Part shown: one piece after another, positions 8,606-16,882 of the stretch
Position numbering within the stretch: position 1 is the stretch's first letter
Layout: every line of letters starts with the position of its first letter
Origin: Myxococcota bacterium
Lineage (GTDB): Bacteria > Myxococcota_C > UBA6777
Reading direction: 5' to 3'
DNA: 20,000 nucleotides
Assembly: GCA_023150835.1 (NCBI GenBank)
Contig: JAKLKB010000011.1
Span: forward strand, 57,265-77,264
Notes under the pieces: generated by a model
Seen by the model: only the letters and a program-made list of their open reading frames with translations
What the model was told of the DNA's origin: nothing
The model's database searches: none
Made by a program: the position numbers and the translations under genes

Positions 8606-8878
8606 GTCGATGCGATCCGTTGTAAACGCCCTATTGTTGGGCAGCCACAGGGGGCTGCCCCTACGTTTTGCGATCGCAGACCTGCTCAGGACTCGCGCCG
8701 ACCGCCTCCGTTTGTGGGCCACAGGGGGCACTTGGTCCAACTAATTCCATTCGTTTGTGAGCATCGTTCCTATCATATCCGTCAAAAGCGTATCCAAAAG
8801 TGTCGATGCGATTTGTTGTAAACGCCCTGTGATTGGGCAGCCACAGGGGGCTGCCCCTACGTTTTGCGATCGCAGACC
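8606..8878. repeat. Two 77-bp copies (8606-8682, 8802-8878) of an element containing a GTAG-type REP hairpin
   Basis: GGGCAGCCACAGGGGGCTGCCCCTAC at 8639-8664 and 8835-8860 with near-identical flanks. Confidence 0.92.
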
Positions 8879-8964
8879 CTGCGGATTTCGTGTCGATCCT
8901 ATCAGACAGGCTCACCGACCTTTGTCAAAGCCCCCCTCGAATACCGATCCGAACAACAAACGAC

Positions 8965-10266
8965 TCAAAAAGCCTGAAGCCGACGGACGTAAAGGATCGT
9001 GGGGGAGGCTTCCAAGGGAGGGAGCGAAAGAAGGATGGCCCACGCCCGCAAAAAGCGGAGGCGTTCATCAGGCAAAAAGTCGTACGAAGGGGCCAACAGC
9101 AAGTTTCCCGTAGAGATCGGCGATTGGACGATCGGCTCTGCATACAACAGGTCATCAAGTGCGATGGCAAGGGGTTTTTTGTACGCAGCAATCGAAAGAT
9201 CCGTGAGCGCCTTTGTGCCGTCAGGCATCAGACTTAGGCTAAGCTGCGTCCCCATCGATCCGACCGCAGCATCCGCAACCACAAGGCTGGCGTTTCCAAG
9301 GTGCATCCGCGACACAGGCGCGGGGTGATGAACCAGATACACCAGCCAAAATCGTTGAGACAGAGAGCGTTTCCATAAAAAGCGCACCCGATTTCGCCAC
9401 GCGCTCGGCAACACAAGGCTGTTCAAAGCCATCTCCATCCGCGCCCGCGAGCTACCAAAAAACAGATGACGCCCTTCCCCCCGCAACTGCTTGATCTCCG
9501 CGATATCGAGCGCGGAGCGTTTGCGTTTTTGTACCGGTGCGGTGGAAGGCTGGACTGTTGTGCTTACAACAGCGGTGCGTGCCGCAACGTGCATGGAGGA
9601 CGGCAAGCGCGAAGACGTCGGCAACGAAGCAGGAGGACGAACGGAAAGCTGTGGCCGAGTGGTTGGCGATCTTGAGGGGGTGGTCGGTGGTGTCGGTGGC
9701 GTCGGTGGTGTCGGTGGTGTCGGTGTCGTGGTCGATGGTGTCGGTGGTGTCGGTGTCGGTGGTGTCGGTGGTGTCGGTGTCGGTGGTGTCGGTGTCGTGG
9801 TCGATGGTGTCGTGGAAGCTTTTGCGAGCAGTGTGCGAAGCATCATCGAAGGCCCCAAGAGAAGGGCTTGTTGATCGATGAGAGAAAGTTTCTGATACGC
9901 CGACCACAAGGGTTCGTGGTCTTCGACAAAGCGGTGGAGACCAAAGTTTCCTTGGGCTTGCAGCAAGATGCTTAGGGCCGAAGAGAGGCGGATCTTTTTG
10001 ACTTCGACTTGGATCTTGCGGCCCTTGAGCGGTTTGATCTCGACTTGCGAGGCACCTGCTTGACGAAGGCGCTGTTGATAGATCGCGATGGCTTGCCCGA
10101 TGGGTTGGTCACCACCGATCTGGATTCGGCACAAGTAGCCGCTTTTTCCGGAATGGATCAACAGGCGAGGATCTTGCTGTTGGCATCCGCTCGACAACAG
10201 CGCCCACATCACGGCTCCACCAAGACACGCGCCACGCAAAACACGCCTCCCAAAAGACAAAAACAT
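8965..10266 (-). CDS. Lipoprotein with SecD/SecF P1 periplasmic-domain-like regions split by a Thr/Pro-rich insert; no C-terminal TM bundle
   Basis: Lipobox-like SSGC. AIAIYQQRLRQAG..KIQVEV resembles the P1 base; LSLSLMPDGTKALTDLS..LAIALDD..EPIVQSPISTG resembles the P1 head. ATG at 10266 with GGGAG RBS. Confidence 0.65.
   Translation of the reverse strand: MFLSFGRRVLRGACLGGAVMWALLSSGCQQQDPRLLIHSGKSGYLCRIQIGGDQPIGQAIAIYQQRLRQAGASQVEIKPLKGRKIQVEVKKIRLSSALSILLQAQGNFGLHRFVEDHEPLWSAYQKLSLIDQQALLLGPSMMLRTLLAKASTTPSTTTPTPPTPTPPTPPTPTPPTPSTTTPTPPTPPTPPTPPTTPSRSPTTRPQLSVRPPASLPTSSRLPSSMHVAARTAVVSTTVQPSTAPVQKRKRSALDIAEIKQLRGEGRHLFFGSSRARMEMALNSLVLPSAWRNRVRFLWKRSLSQRFWLVYLVHHPAPVSRMHLGNASLVVADAAVGSMGTQLSLSLMPDGTKALTDLSIAAYKKPLAIALDDLLYAEPIVQSPISTGNLLLAPSYDFLPDERLRFLRAWAILLSLPPLEASPTILYVRRLQAF
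9679..9815. repeat. Coding low-complexity repeat of GGTGTC/GGT units encoding a TPTPP-rich linker
   Basis: Directly visible iterations of GGTGGTGTCGGTGTC. Confidence 0.9.
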
Positions 10267-10277
10267 CGCACTCCCTT

Positions 10278-12641
10278 TCAACGAAAAGCCCGACAGGCCG
10301 AGAACAATCTCGCCAGTCCATGAACATCACAGATATCGCTCGCCATACGTGGGAATCCCCATGCAGCGCACGACAGCGACAACGGCGCGATCAGCCCTTG
10401 GAGGGCTTGCATGTGATGCTCTTGCTCGCGGTGGAGTTGTTGCAGACGCCCATGCAAAGCCGCCTCCCATGCTTTTGCGCTGCCCAAGAGCGCCTCAGGC
10501 ACACCTTGTTGAAGAGCATCAAAGGAGCGATCTTCGAGTGATGGAAGCACACGAAAAGCTCGATTGAGCCAGATCGCGACCAACGGCAAGCCTCGATCGA
10601 TCACTTGCTCACGCAAAAAATGAAACGGCTCGCCTTCGGTCGCATCAGGAACGCCCACCAACACAAAGCCGCATTCAGCCGAACGCAGCTTGTTTTGTAC
10701 TTGATTGGCACGTTCTTGAAATCCGCCCCGAAGGTCCAAAAACGCCTCAAAAAAATCAGAGATATCCCGAGTGAGTTCTCGCCCCAACAGCAAGGACAAC
10801 AGCGTTTGCGCAAGCAAGGAACCGCTTTGAAACAAGCGTTGTCCGATCCCTCGGCGGGTCTGCAAAAATCCTGTCAACACGCTATCTTCCAAAAAGCGCG
10901 ACAGATGGCCGGGTGCATCAAGGATCTCCAGCGCATTTTGTGTGGGCGGAGTATCCAAGACGATCAGATCATACGAACCCGTCTGGATCTCCGCATACAA
11001 CCGCTCCATCGCAACGTACGCATGAGAACGCGCAAGAGTCCGCGAAAAAGCCTTGTAGACGCGGTTTTGTAGGATCTGCTCTCGGCGTTCAAGGTCGTCA
11101 GTGGTCAGGCGCTTGATCAGATCGTCAAAACTGTGTTGCGTTTCCAACATCGCGGCGTGAAGGGAACCTCGGGCAGGTTGTATCCCTACCGCAGGCAACA
11201 CGACAGGGCGGGTCTGATCGTGCAGCTCATCAAGACCAAGGGCATCTGCGAGGCGCTTGGCTGGATCGATGGTCAAAAGCATCACACGACGCCCTGCGTA
11301 GGCCGCAGCCACCGCACAAGAAGCCGCAAGGGTGGTTTTTCCTACGCCACCCGAACCAAGAAACACCAACAGATCCTTTTGCGAAAAGATCTCCGCCGCC
11401 AACTGCTGCGCTGAAACGGTGCAAAGAGGCGAGAGCATCGACTGTTGCGTCGCCTCAAACAGCGATCGCATCGATGTATCCGCTCTCTCGCTTTCATCCG
11501 CGACAGAAGTATTGGCGGCATGGGCCTGTTTTTCGTTCGCGTCTTTTTGGGTGACCTTTGAGGAGGCGGTGGCATGAGCTTGTTTTTGGGCGATCTTTGG
11601 GGCGGTATGGGCCTGTTTTTCCGACGTATCAAGATCCGGAGCAATGGTGTGCTTCGAGACAAACGCAGGAACTTGCAACAACGCAGGGTACACAAGATGC
11701 CCAAGAGACAGCAGGGCTTGTGCATCAAAGGGGCTTTGTTGGAGGTGCGGTAGCTCCAAACTTGGCAAGGGGATATGCTCGGCCAGAAAACGCCGTTGCC
11801 GTTGACTTTCTTGTTCTGTTTCAGCTTCTTGCGCAAGAAACTCCGCCATCGTCTGAAAAGAAGGCTCGATCAACGCGGCCTTTTCGATCGGATGTGCTTG
11901 CGCCTCACGCAACCAGCGGGCAAAAGCAAGCGTTTCTCCCGAAAACAACGGAGGATGCGTTTGGTTCAAAAGCAGCGTACCAAGCGGCAGATCAAAACGT
12001 GCGCACAGCGTTTCAAATAGCGTCGAACATTCTTGTGCAGGGAGCGCCTGCAACAGTGTCACAAGATGCAAACGACAACGCGCCGGGTCCGACAACAACG
12101 CTCGACCCCGCTCCAACATCCCACGCAACGGGCTTTTTCCAAGCAGCCCCCACAAACTGCGATGCAGATCCAAAAACATCAGCGCGTGGCCCGTCGCATC
12201 CAGATCCACAAACAGCCGATCCCATCGCTTGTTTGGACCAACGTCCTCACTCAAACGCAACAGCCGCTCCAACAGCAACACTTCGGCCACCGCAGGAGCC
12301 GCTCGAAAAAACCGCTGCAACGCGGCATGCTGCACGATCTGCTCGACCCACCGACGCGATCGCACATACGTCTGCACATAATCAAGCAGCGCAAGATCCG
12401 GCTGCAACGCCAGCGCCCAGATATCCTTGTACACAACTTGCGCAGAAGTCGTCGCCTTTCCCCCATCCTCTGCCTCCAAAAGCCCCGCACGCTGGAGGAT
12501 TCCCCGCAACGCCGAATGCGCCCCCAACTCCACCACCAACACGCGCTCCCCTGCCGCCTGCGCTGCCAACGCACACGCCGCCACCACGGTGGATTTGCCA
12601 ACACCGCCCTTGCCTGTAAAAAAGTGTAGCTGTGAACTCAA
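10278..12641 (-). CDS. Two-domain ArsA/GET3-family ATPase (fusion resembling the mycobacterial Rv3679 + Rv3680, BagA/BagB, pair)
   Basis: Domain 1: LHFFTGKGGVGKST..VLVVE..VDLDATGH. Domain 2: GSGGVGKTT..LTIDPAKRLADALGL..YDLIVLDTPPT. Linker carries KQAH repeats. TTG start. Confidence 0.85.
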   Translation of the reverse strand: MSSQLHFFTGKGGVGKSTVVAACALAAQAAGERVLVVELGAHSALRGILQRAGLLEAEDGGKATTSAQVVYKDIWALALQPDLALLDYVQTYVRSRRWVEQIVQHAALQRFFRAAPAVAEVLLLERLLRLSEDVGPNKRWDRLFVDLDATGHALMFLDLHRSLWGLLGKSPLRGMLERGRALLSDPARCRLHLVTLLQALPAQECSTLFETLCARFDLPLGTLLLNQTHPPLFSGETLAFARWLREAQAHPIEKAALIEPSFQTMAEFLAQEAETEQESQRQRRFLAEHIPLPSLELPHLQQSPFDAQALLSLGHLVYPALLQVPAFVSKHTIAPDLDTSEKQAHTAPKIAQKQAHATASSKVTQKDANEKQAHAANTSVADESERADTSMRSLFEATQQSMLSPLCTVSAQQLAAEIFSQKDLLVFLGSGGVGKTTLAASCAVAAAYAGRRVMLLTIDPAKRLADALGLDELHDQTRPVVLPAVGIQPARGSLHAAMLETQHSFDDLIKRLTTDDLERREQILQNRVYKAFSRTLARSHAYVAMERLYAEIQTGSYDLIVLDTPPTQNALEILDAPGHLSRFLEDSVLTGFLQTRRGIGQRLFQSGSLLAQTLLSLLLGRELTRDISDFFEAFLDLRGGFQERANQVQNKLRSAECGFVLVGVPDATEGEPFHFLREQVIDRGLPLVAIWLNRAFRVLPSLEDRSFDALQQGVPEALLGSAKAWEAALHGRLQQLHREQEHHMQALQGLIAPLSLSCAAWGFPRMASDICDVHGLARLFSACRAFR

Positions 12642-12671
12642 ACTCGTTCGCCTTTTTTTCGCTTTTCCTCA

Positions 12672-12784
12672 AATCCAATTGACGCAATGGATTCGTTTTT
12701 CGGGGCTTTGCCCCGCACCCCACAAGGGGTCTCTGCCCCCTTGACCCCGTATCGGCGAAGAGAGCGAGCGTTTTTCAAACAGGC
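12672..12784. repeat. Cluster of hairpins forming a second small palindromic element type
   Basis: CGGGGC-TTT-GCCCCG (12701-12715), CAAGGGG-N7-CCCCTTG (12723-12743) and imperfect AATCCA..TGGATT (12672-12693), followed by GTTTTTCAAACAGGC (12770-12784). Confidence 0.55.
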
Positions 12785-13109
12785 AACACTCTCGCTTGAA
12801 CGTCCGCGAACACGGCGTTTGTTGGCCCACTGCATCACTCCCATCTCAGAGAAATACCGACGCGGGTCATGAACCGGTTTTTCAGAACTCTCCAAAACCA
12901 CGCGTTGTCGACGTCTTCAAAAAGGGCGGTCATTCGTCGATTTTTCGGGGGTTTCTCAGCAGGTCGCTCCAACCAGACACCCGCATCCGTTCGACCGACA
13001 GATCGCGCCCACGCTTTACGCGGCGCACTTGTACACCAGATGTTCTTCGGTGTATACAACCTGCGTCTTGCGCTCTGTTCTTCCGCAAACAACGAGGAAA
13101 GCCACCACC

Positions 13110-13730
13110 ATGACCGCTCCATCCATCACCGAACGCACCGCTTATTGGCAAGAAGCATGGTCTACAGGAGACACCCGTTGGGATGCGGGAGAAGCCGCTC
13201 CTGCCCTTGTCGATCTACTGTCCACCAGCGCCGATCTTCCGAAAGGACGAGCGCTCGTCCCGGGATGTGGATCTGGCTACGACGCCCTCGCCCTCGCACA
13301 TGCAGGATACACCGTGACAGCCCTCGATCTCGTCGATCTGGCCGTCTTCCGTTTTCGAGAACTCCGCCAAAACAAAGGGCTTTTTTCCCACCAAGCCGAA
13401 GCCCACATCGCAGACTTTTTCGCCTACAACGAAGGACCGTTCTCTTTGATCTGGGACTACACCTTTTTGTGCGCGATCCCGCCCTCTCTTCGCACAGCAT
13501 GGGCAGAACAAATGGCCCGATTGATCGCTCCCACAGGCGAACTCGTCACGTTGATCTTTCCCATCCGCCCCGAAGATGACGCAGGCCCACCTTTCGCCAT
13601 GTCTCCCGAACTCGTCGAGCGCTTGCTCTCTCCCTACTTCACCCCCAAAACCATGTTTCCCGTCCCTCGTTCACACCCCGCACGCCAAGGCCGCGAAGTC
13701 CTCGCTCGTTGGATGCCTCGCAACGGATAA
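13110..13730 (+). CDS. TPMT-family thiol/halide methyltransferase (HOL / methyl halide transferase-like)
   Basis: Motifs W..GDTRWDAG, RALVPGCGSGYD, ADFF, DYTFLCAIPP..R..WA..M, GPPF and SHPARQGRE. ATG at 13110 with GAGG RBS. Confidence 0.88.
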   Translation: MTAPSITERTAYWQEAWSTGDTRWDAGEAAPALVDLLSTSADLPKGRALVPGCGSGYDALALAHAGYTVTALDLVDLAVFRFRELRQNKGLFSHQAEAHIADFFAYNEGPFSLIWDYTFLCAIPPSLRTAWAEQMARLIAPTGELVTLIFPIRPEDDAGPPFAMSPELVERLLSPYFTPKTMFPVPRSHPARQGREVLARWMPRNG

Positions 13731-13843
13731 GACGAGATCCGAGTGATCTGTGATCGAAGGAGATCGCGTAGACGCCCGATTGTTGGGCAGCCACAGGGGG
13801 CTGCCCCTACATTTTTACGATCACACAACAGGCGGATTTCGTA
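13731..13843. repeat. Single diverged copy of the ~113-bp REP-containing element
   Basis: REP hairpin at 13785-13810. Flanks TGTGATCGAAGGAGA and TTTACGATCA..GGCGGATTTCGTA match the tandem unit at 19736-20000. Confidence 0.9.
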
Positions 13844-13932
13844 TAATCAGAAAACATCGAAGCATCGGCCAAAATCGCATAATTCACTGGGATATCGTAT
13901 CATACGAAATGCCCAACAGCCGCTTGTAGGAG

Positions 13933-13981
13933 AGAGGGGAGAGGCAGGAAAAGAAGAGGGGTGAGGCCAGAAAAGAAGAGG
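13933..13981. repeat. 22-bp purine-rich tandem repeat, about 2.2 copies
   Basis: AGAGGGGAGAGGCAGGAAAAGA / AGAGGGGTGAGGCCAGAAAAGA / AGAGG, abutting the stop codon at 13982. Confidence 0.8.
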
Positions 13982-14965
13982 TTATTTACGGGACCAAGTG
14001 ACGGTATCGTTGCCGCTGGTGGCGGTGCAGGAGCCTGTTTTGCCGCCGTCAGAGGTGGAGCAAGTGAATTCGCCGTTTGCGCCACGGATGCTAAAGCTGG
14101 CGAGATCGCCTTGGGCTTGGAGTCCCATGACGACGCTGTATTCTTTTCCTTCGGTGTCGCGAGCATAGGCGAGGACTTCGAGTTTGCCGGCTTTGAGAGT
14201 GGAGTCTGCGGAGACGCGCATCCCTTGTTTGACTTCTGCGGATTCGCCGCTTGCGGTTTTTGCTTTGAAGTACATGGACATCAACATATCGCCTGAGGCA
14301 CCTTTTCCGCCGATCAAGACGTTGGCTTTCCAAAGCATCGCGCCATCGACACAATTTCCTGCGAGGTCACAAACGTTTTGGAGATAGACTTCGACGCGGG
14401 CTTGGGCATTTTGGCTGGTGGCATCGGCGATCATGCGGATGACGACGCGTCCCGAGCCTTCTTTGAGGCAGCCCAGATCGACCGTAATCTCGACGCTGCC
14501 TTTGCCGCCACCGATGCCCGCGAGACCCGCGATATCGCCGCTGACGCAACCGATGGTGAATTGGGGCTGGAGTGTGGTGGCTAGATCGCCTTTGTAAGAA
14601 GTCGAGCGCAGGGTGTAATCATTTTGAACGGGCAGATAAGGCATGACGGCTTTGACGGCTGCTGCGGGGACGCCCGAACGGGTGAGGTAGTCTTGGAGAG
14701 AGAGAACCTTGGGGGCCTGACCGTTTTCGATCTCGAGGAATTTAGGCATACTGCCATATTTGTTGAGGGCATCGAGTTTGAGGGCGACTTGGCCTTTCAT
14801 GTAACCATCGTAGCTGGTTTGGATCATCGGGCCGCTGATCTGGGCCGAAGGTGCTTTGAGATCTGCTTCGACTTTTTCGAGCGGAGGGGGGGCTTGTCCA
14901 CAAGCTCCAAGAATCCAGAGGGCGCAAAAAGCAAGCGTACCATTCATCCAACGAAGTCCACGCAT
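13982..14965 (-). CDS. Hypothetical lipoprotein with a beta-rich, Cys-containing C-terminal domain
   Basis: 327-aa ORF with lipobox LGAC, AGGAGA RBS and six Cys in the C-terminal region. Confidence 0.8.
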   Translation of the reverse strand: MRGLRWMNGTLAFCALWILGACGQAPPPLEKVEADLKAPSAQISGPMIQTSYDGYMKGQVALKLDALNKYGSMPKFLEIENGQAPKVLSLQDYLTRSGVPAAAVKAVMPYLPVQNDYTLRSTSYKGDLATTLQPQFTIGCVSGDIAGLAGIGGGKGSVEITVDLGCLKEGSGRVVIRMIADATSQNAQARVEVYLQNVCDLAGNCVDGAMLWKANVLIGGKGASGDMLMSMYFKAKTASGESAEVKQGMRVSADSTLKAGKLEVLAYARDTEGKEYSVVMGLQAQGDLASFSIRGANGEFTCSTSDGGKTGSCTATSGNDTVTWSRK

Positions 14966-15163
14966 CTGATATCTCCTAATAGGTCGGTCGATGGGGCCTC
15001 ATGCAACGCAACCGCTGTTTCCTTTTGCGGGGTTCCATGTTCCATCCCGAAAGCCTTGGGTTTCGATACATCCCTGTATCGTGGGTTTGTTTGCATATCT
15101 GGTGAGGCGCGTTTGAGGGGGAGGGCGCACCTGAGCTGATGAGCGCGGTGTGCGCCCCGTGTC

Positions 15164-15178
15164 GCAAGATCCTTGCCA
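15164..15178 (-). promoter_or_regulatory. Putative sigma-54 (-24/-12) promoter for the 14965 lipoprotein gene
   Basis: Minus strand reads TGGCAAGGATCTTGC, one mismatch to TGGCAC-N5-TTGC with exact spacing, about 200 bp upstream of the ATG. Confidence 0.5.
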
Positions 15179-15323
15179 TCCATGCGAAGTCTTTACGCAT
15201 ATAGGATTTTCATGGAAAGAGCAAGCACCTTGTGTGGGAGGGGGTGGTGTGTCGATGCTACAGATGGAGCAACAAGCCTCCAATCGGCTCGGGATCTGTA
15301 TGCGATCCCCGACAAAGAGATGC

Positions 15324-15445
15324 GATGAGGTCGATGGAGCGGGCGGAAAAGGTGCGTGATCAGGCCGATGGGGCGGGCGGAAAAGGTGCGCGATCAGGCC
15401 GATGGGGCGGGCGGAAAAGGTGCGCGATCAGGTCGATGGAACGGG
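15324..15445. repeat. 34-bp intergenic tandem repeat, about 3.6 copies
   Basis: GATCAGGCCGATGGGGCGGGCGGAAAAGGTGCGC units (minor variants) at 15324, 15358, 15392 and 15426 (partial). Confidence 0.93.
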
Positions 15446-15453
15446 TGATATCT

Positions 15454-15999
15454 TTATTTGTTTGGTGAGCAGACAGGGGGTTGTTTGAGCAGGGCGAGGA
15501 CAGCGTCTTCGACTTGTTTTGGGGGGATCATGCCTTGGAAGACATGGTGGATCTTGCCGCATCCATCGAGGATATACTGGCGTGGTACGGTCAGGACGGG
15601 GCCAAGGATGGTGCGGCCTTGGATGATGGTTTCGTCGGCTAATACGACGGGATAGCGGATATCAAGGGCTTGGAGAAAGGGGACAAGGATTTGTTTGGCT
15701 TGGTTGTCGAGAGCGATACCGACGACACGAAGGCCCTTTGTGCTGTGTTGGCGAGCGAGCAGATCCCAGCGTTTGGCGAAGTATTGGCAGGGCATACAAT
15801 GGCTCGCAAAGATATCGAGCAGTACGGTTTTTCCGCGTAGTTCGTAGAAGTCGACATCGGCGTTGTGAGGATTGAGCAAGCGGATCTGATGGAAGCCGAT
15901 AATCGGCGGAGAGGGGCGAACGGGTTGGGTGCAAGCGAGCAAAAGCAGCCATATCGCGAAGAGGCAGCCAAACAGCGGAAGAGAGGAGGGATGTGTCAT
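15454..15999 (-). CDS. TlpA/ResA-like thioredoxin-fold lipoprotein
   Basis: Lipobox LLAC, LRGKTVLLDIFASHCMPC (CxxC), GLRVVGIALD and VP..YILD..GKI. ATG at 15999 with GGAG RBS. Confidence 0.85.
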   Translation of the reverse strand: MTHPSSLPLFGCLFAIWLLLLACTQPVRPSPPIIGFHQIRLLNPHNADVDFYELRGKTVLLDIFASHCMPCQYFAKRWDLLARQHSTKGLRVVGIALDNQAKQILVPFLQALDIRYPVVLADETIIQGRTILGPVLTVPRQYILDGCGKIHHVFQGMIPPKQVEDAVLALLKQPPVCSPNK

Positions 16000-16122
16000 C
16001 GGGTGCTCCAAAGGTGCGTCCTTGTGAGGGGATAGAGTGGCGTGCCATTCTTGCGAGGATGCGGGTGGTTGTCACGCTATCCGCGTAAGTTTTGCGTCGT
16101 TCGAGGCCGTTGTGGAGGAGGC

Positions 16123-16809
16123 TCAGGGGAGTTGGACGACTTGGACGCCTTTGGGGACACGGAAGGTAAAGAGTGCTTTGGGGAGGCCGCGATTGGTTCG
16201 GACATTCGAGAAGATAAAGCGGTTGCGGTTGCCTGCGGGATCGACGTAGATGGTTTCTCGGATCTGGAAGGTGCCGGGGATGACGGCGAAGTAGAGAAGT
16301 TTGAAAAGGGATTGCGGTTTGTGGGGGGTGAGTTCGAGGTGGATATCGCCCTTTTTTCCGAAGGCAAAGGGTTTGCGGCGTTGGATGCGGAAGGTTTTTT
16401 GGAGATCACCACTGCCCCACAAAAATTGGACGGCGACGCCAAACTCGGTGCGTTCGACCTTTTGGCGGACTTTGACTTCTTCGTCGTCGGCGTTGTACAT
16501 CCAGAGGGTCTGGCCGTTGTAGACGAAGTCTTTGCGTTCGGGCTTGGCGTATTGAAAGCGCATCATCCCGGGCTTTCGGAAGAAAAATCGCCCGCTTTCT
16601 TTGCTGTTGCGTTTGAGGCGTGTGCGCGTAAAGATCTGTTGAAAGTCAGCGGTAAAGTCTTTGATCTGGCTGTAGAATTGTTGAAGGCCGTCGATGGCGC
16701 GTTGGGTGTCGGGGTCGGTTTTGGCGGCGTGAGGCGGTGTGAGCGGAACAAAGAACGGCAAAGCAACGAACAAAGCAACAAGCAAGGATTTCCAAGATAG
16801 CCATTTCAT
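16123..16809 (-). CDS. lolA: Outer-membrane lipoprotein carrier LolA
   Basis: Signal peptide; FTADFQQ, SGRFFFRKPGMMRFQY, VYNGQTLWMY, D.AGNRNRFIFSN and FTF.VPKGVQVV. ATG at 16809. Confidence 0.9.
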   Translation of the reverse strand: MKWLSWKSLLVALFVALPFFVPLTPPHAAKTDPDTQRAIDGLQQFYSQIKDFTADFQQIFTRTRLKRNSKESGRFFFRKPGMMRFQYAKPERKDFVYNGQTLWMYNADDEEVKVRQKVERTEFGVAVQFLWGSGDLQKTFRIQRRKPFAFGKKGDIHLELTPHKPQSLFKLLYFAVIPGTFQIRETIYVDPAGNRNRFIFSNVRTNRGLPKALFTFRVPKGVQVVQLP

Positions 16810-16882
16810 GGCAAACTCCCGATAGAGCGAAAGCAGACAGGGGGATAGGAGGGCCTGTTTTTGCACAGGTGTCTGTGGGAAC

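Noticed and set aside
11558..12619. 353-aa plus-strand ORF
   Set aside because: Antisense shadow of the ArsA/GET3 ATPase with no recognisable motifs.
1096..12641. An arsenic-resistance operon made of arsM plus arsA
   Set aside because: The genes are 8 kb apart on opposite strands, the ATPase is of the Rv3679/Rv3680 type, and arsB, acr3, arsC, arsD and arsR are absent.
12638..13579. ORFs 12869-13579, 12638-12901 and 12835-13122
   Set aside because: They overlap the TPMT gene or the palindromic intergenic region, are Arg/Ser-rich and have no motifs; probably spurious.
15136..15160. CTGATGA followed by a GCGC/GCGC stem, resembling a hammerhead ribozyme core
   Set aside because: The required GAAA after stem II is absent (CCCG follows), and stems I and III cannot be formed.
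15324..15445. 34-bp repeats (and the 37-bp repeats at 17903 and 115-bp repeats at 19736) as CRISPR arrays
   Set aside because: Units are contiguous near-identical tandem copies without unique spacers, and there are no cas genes.
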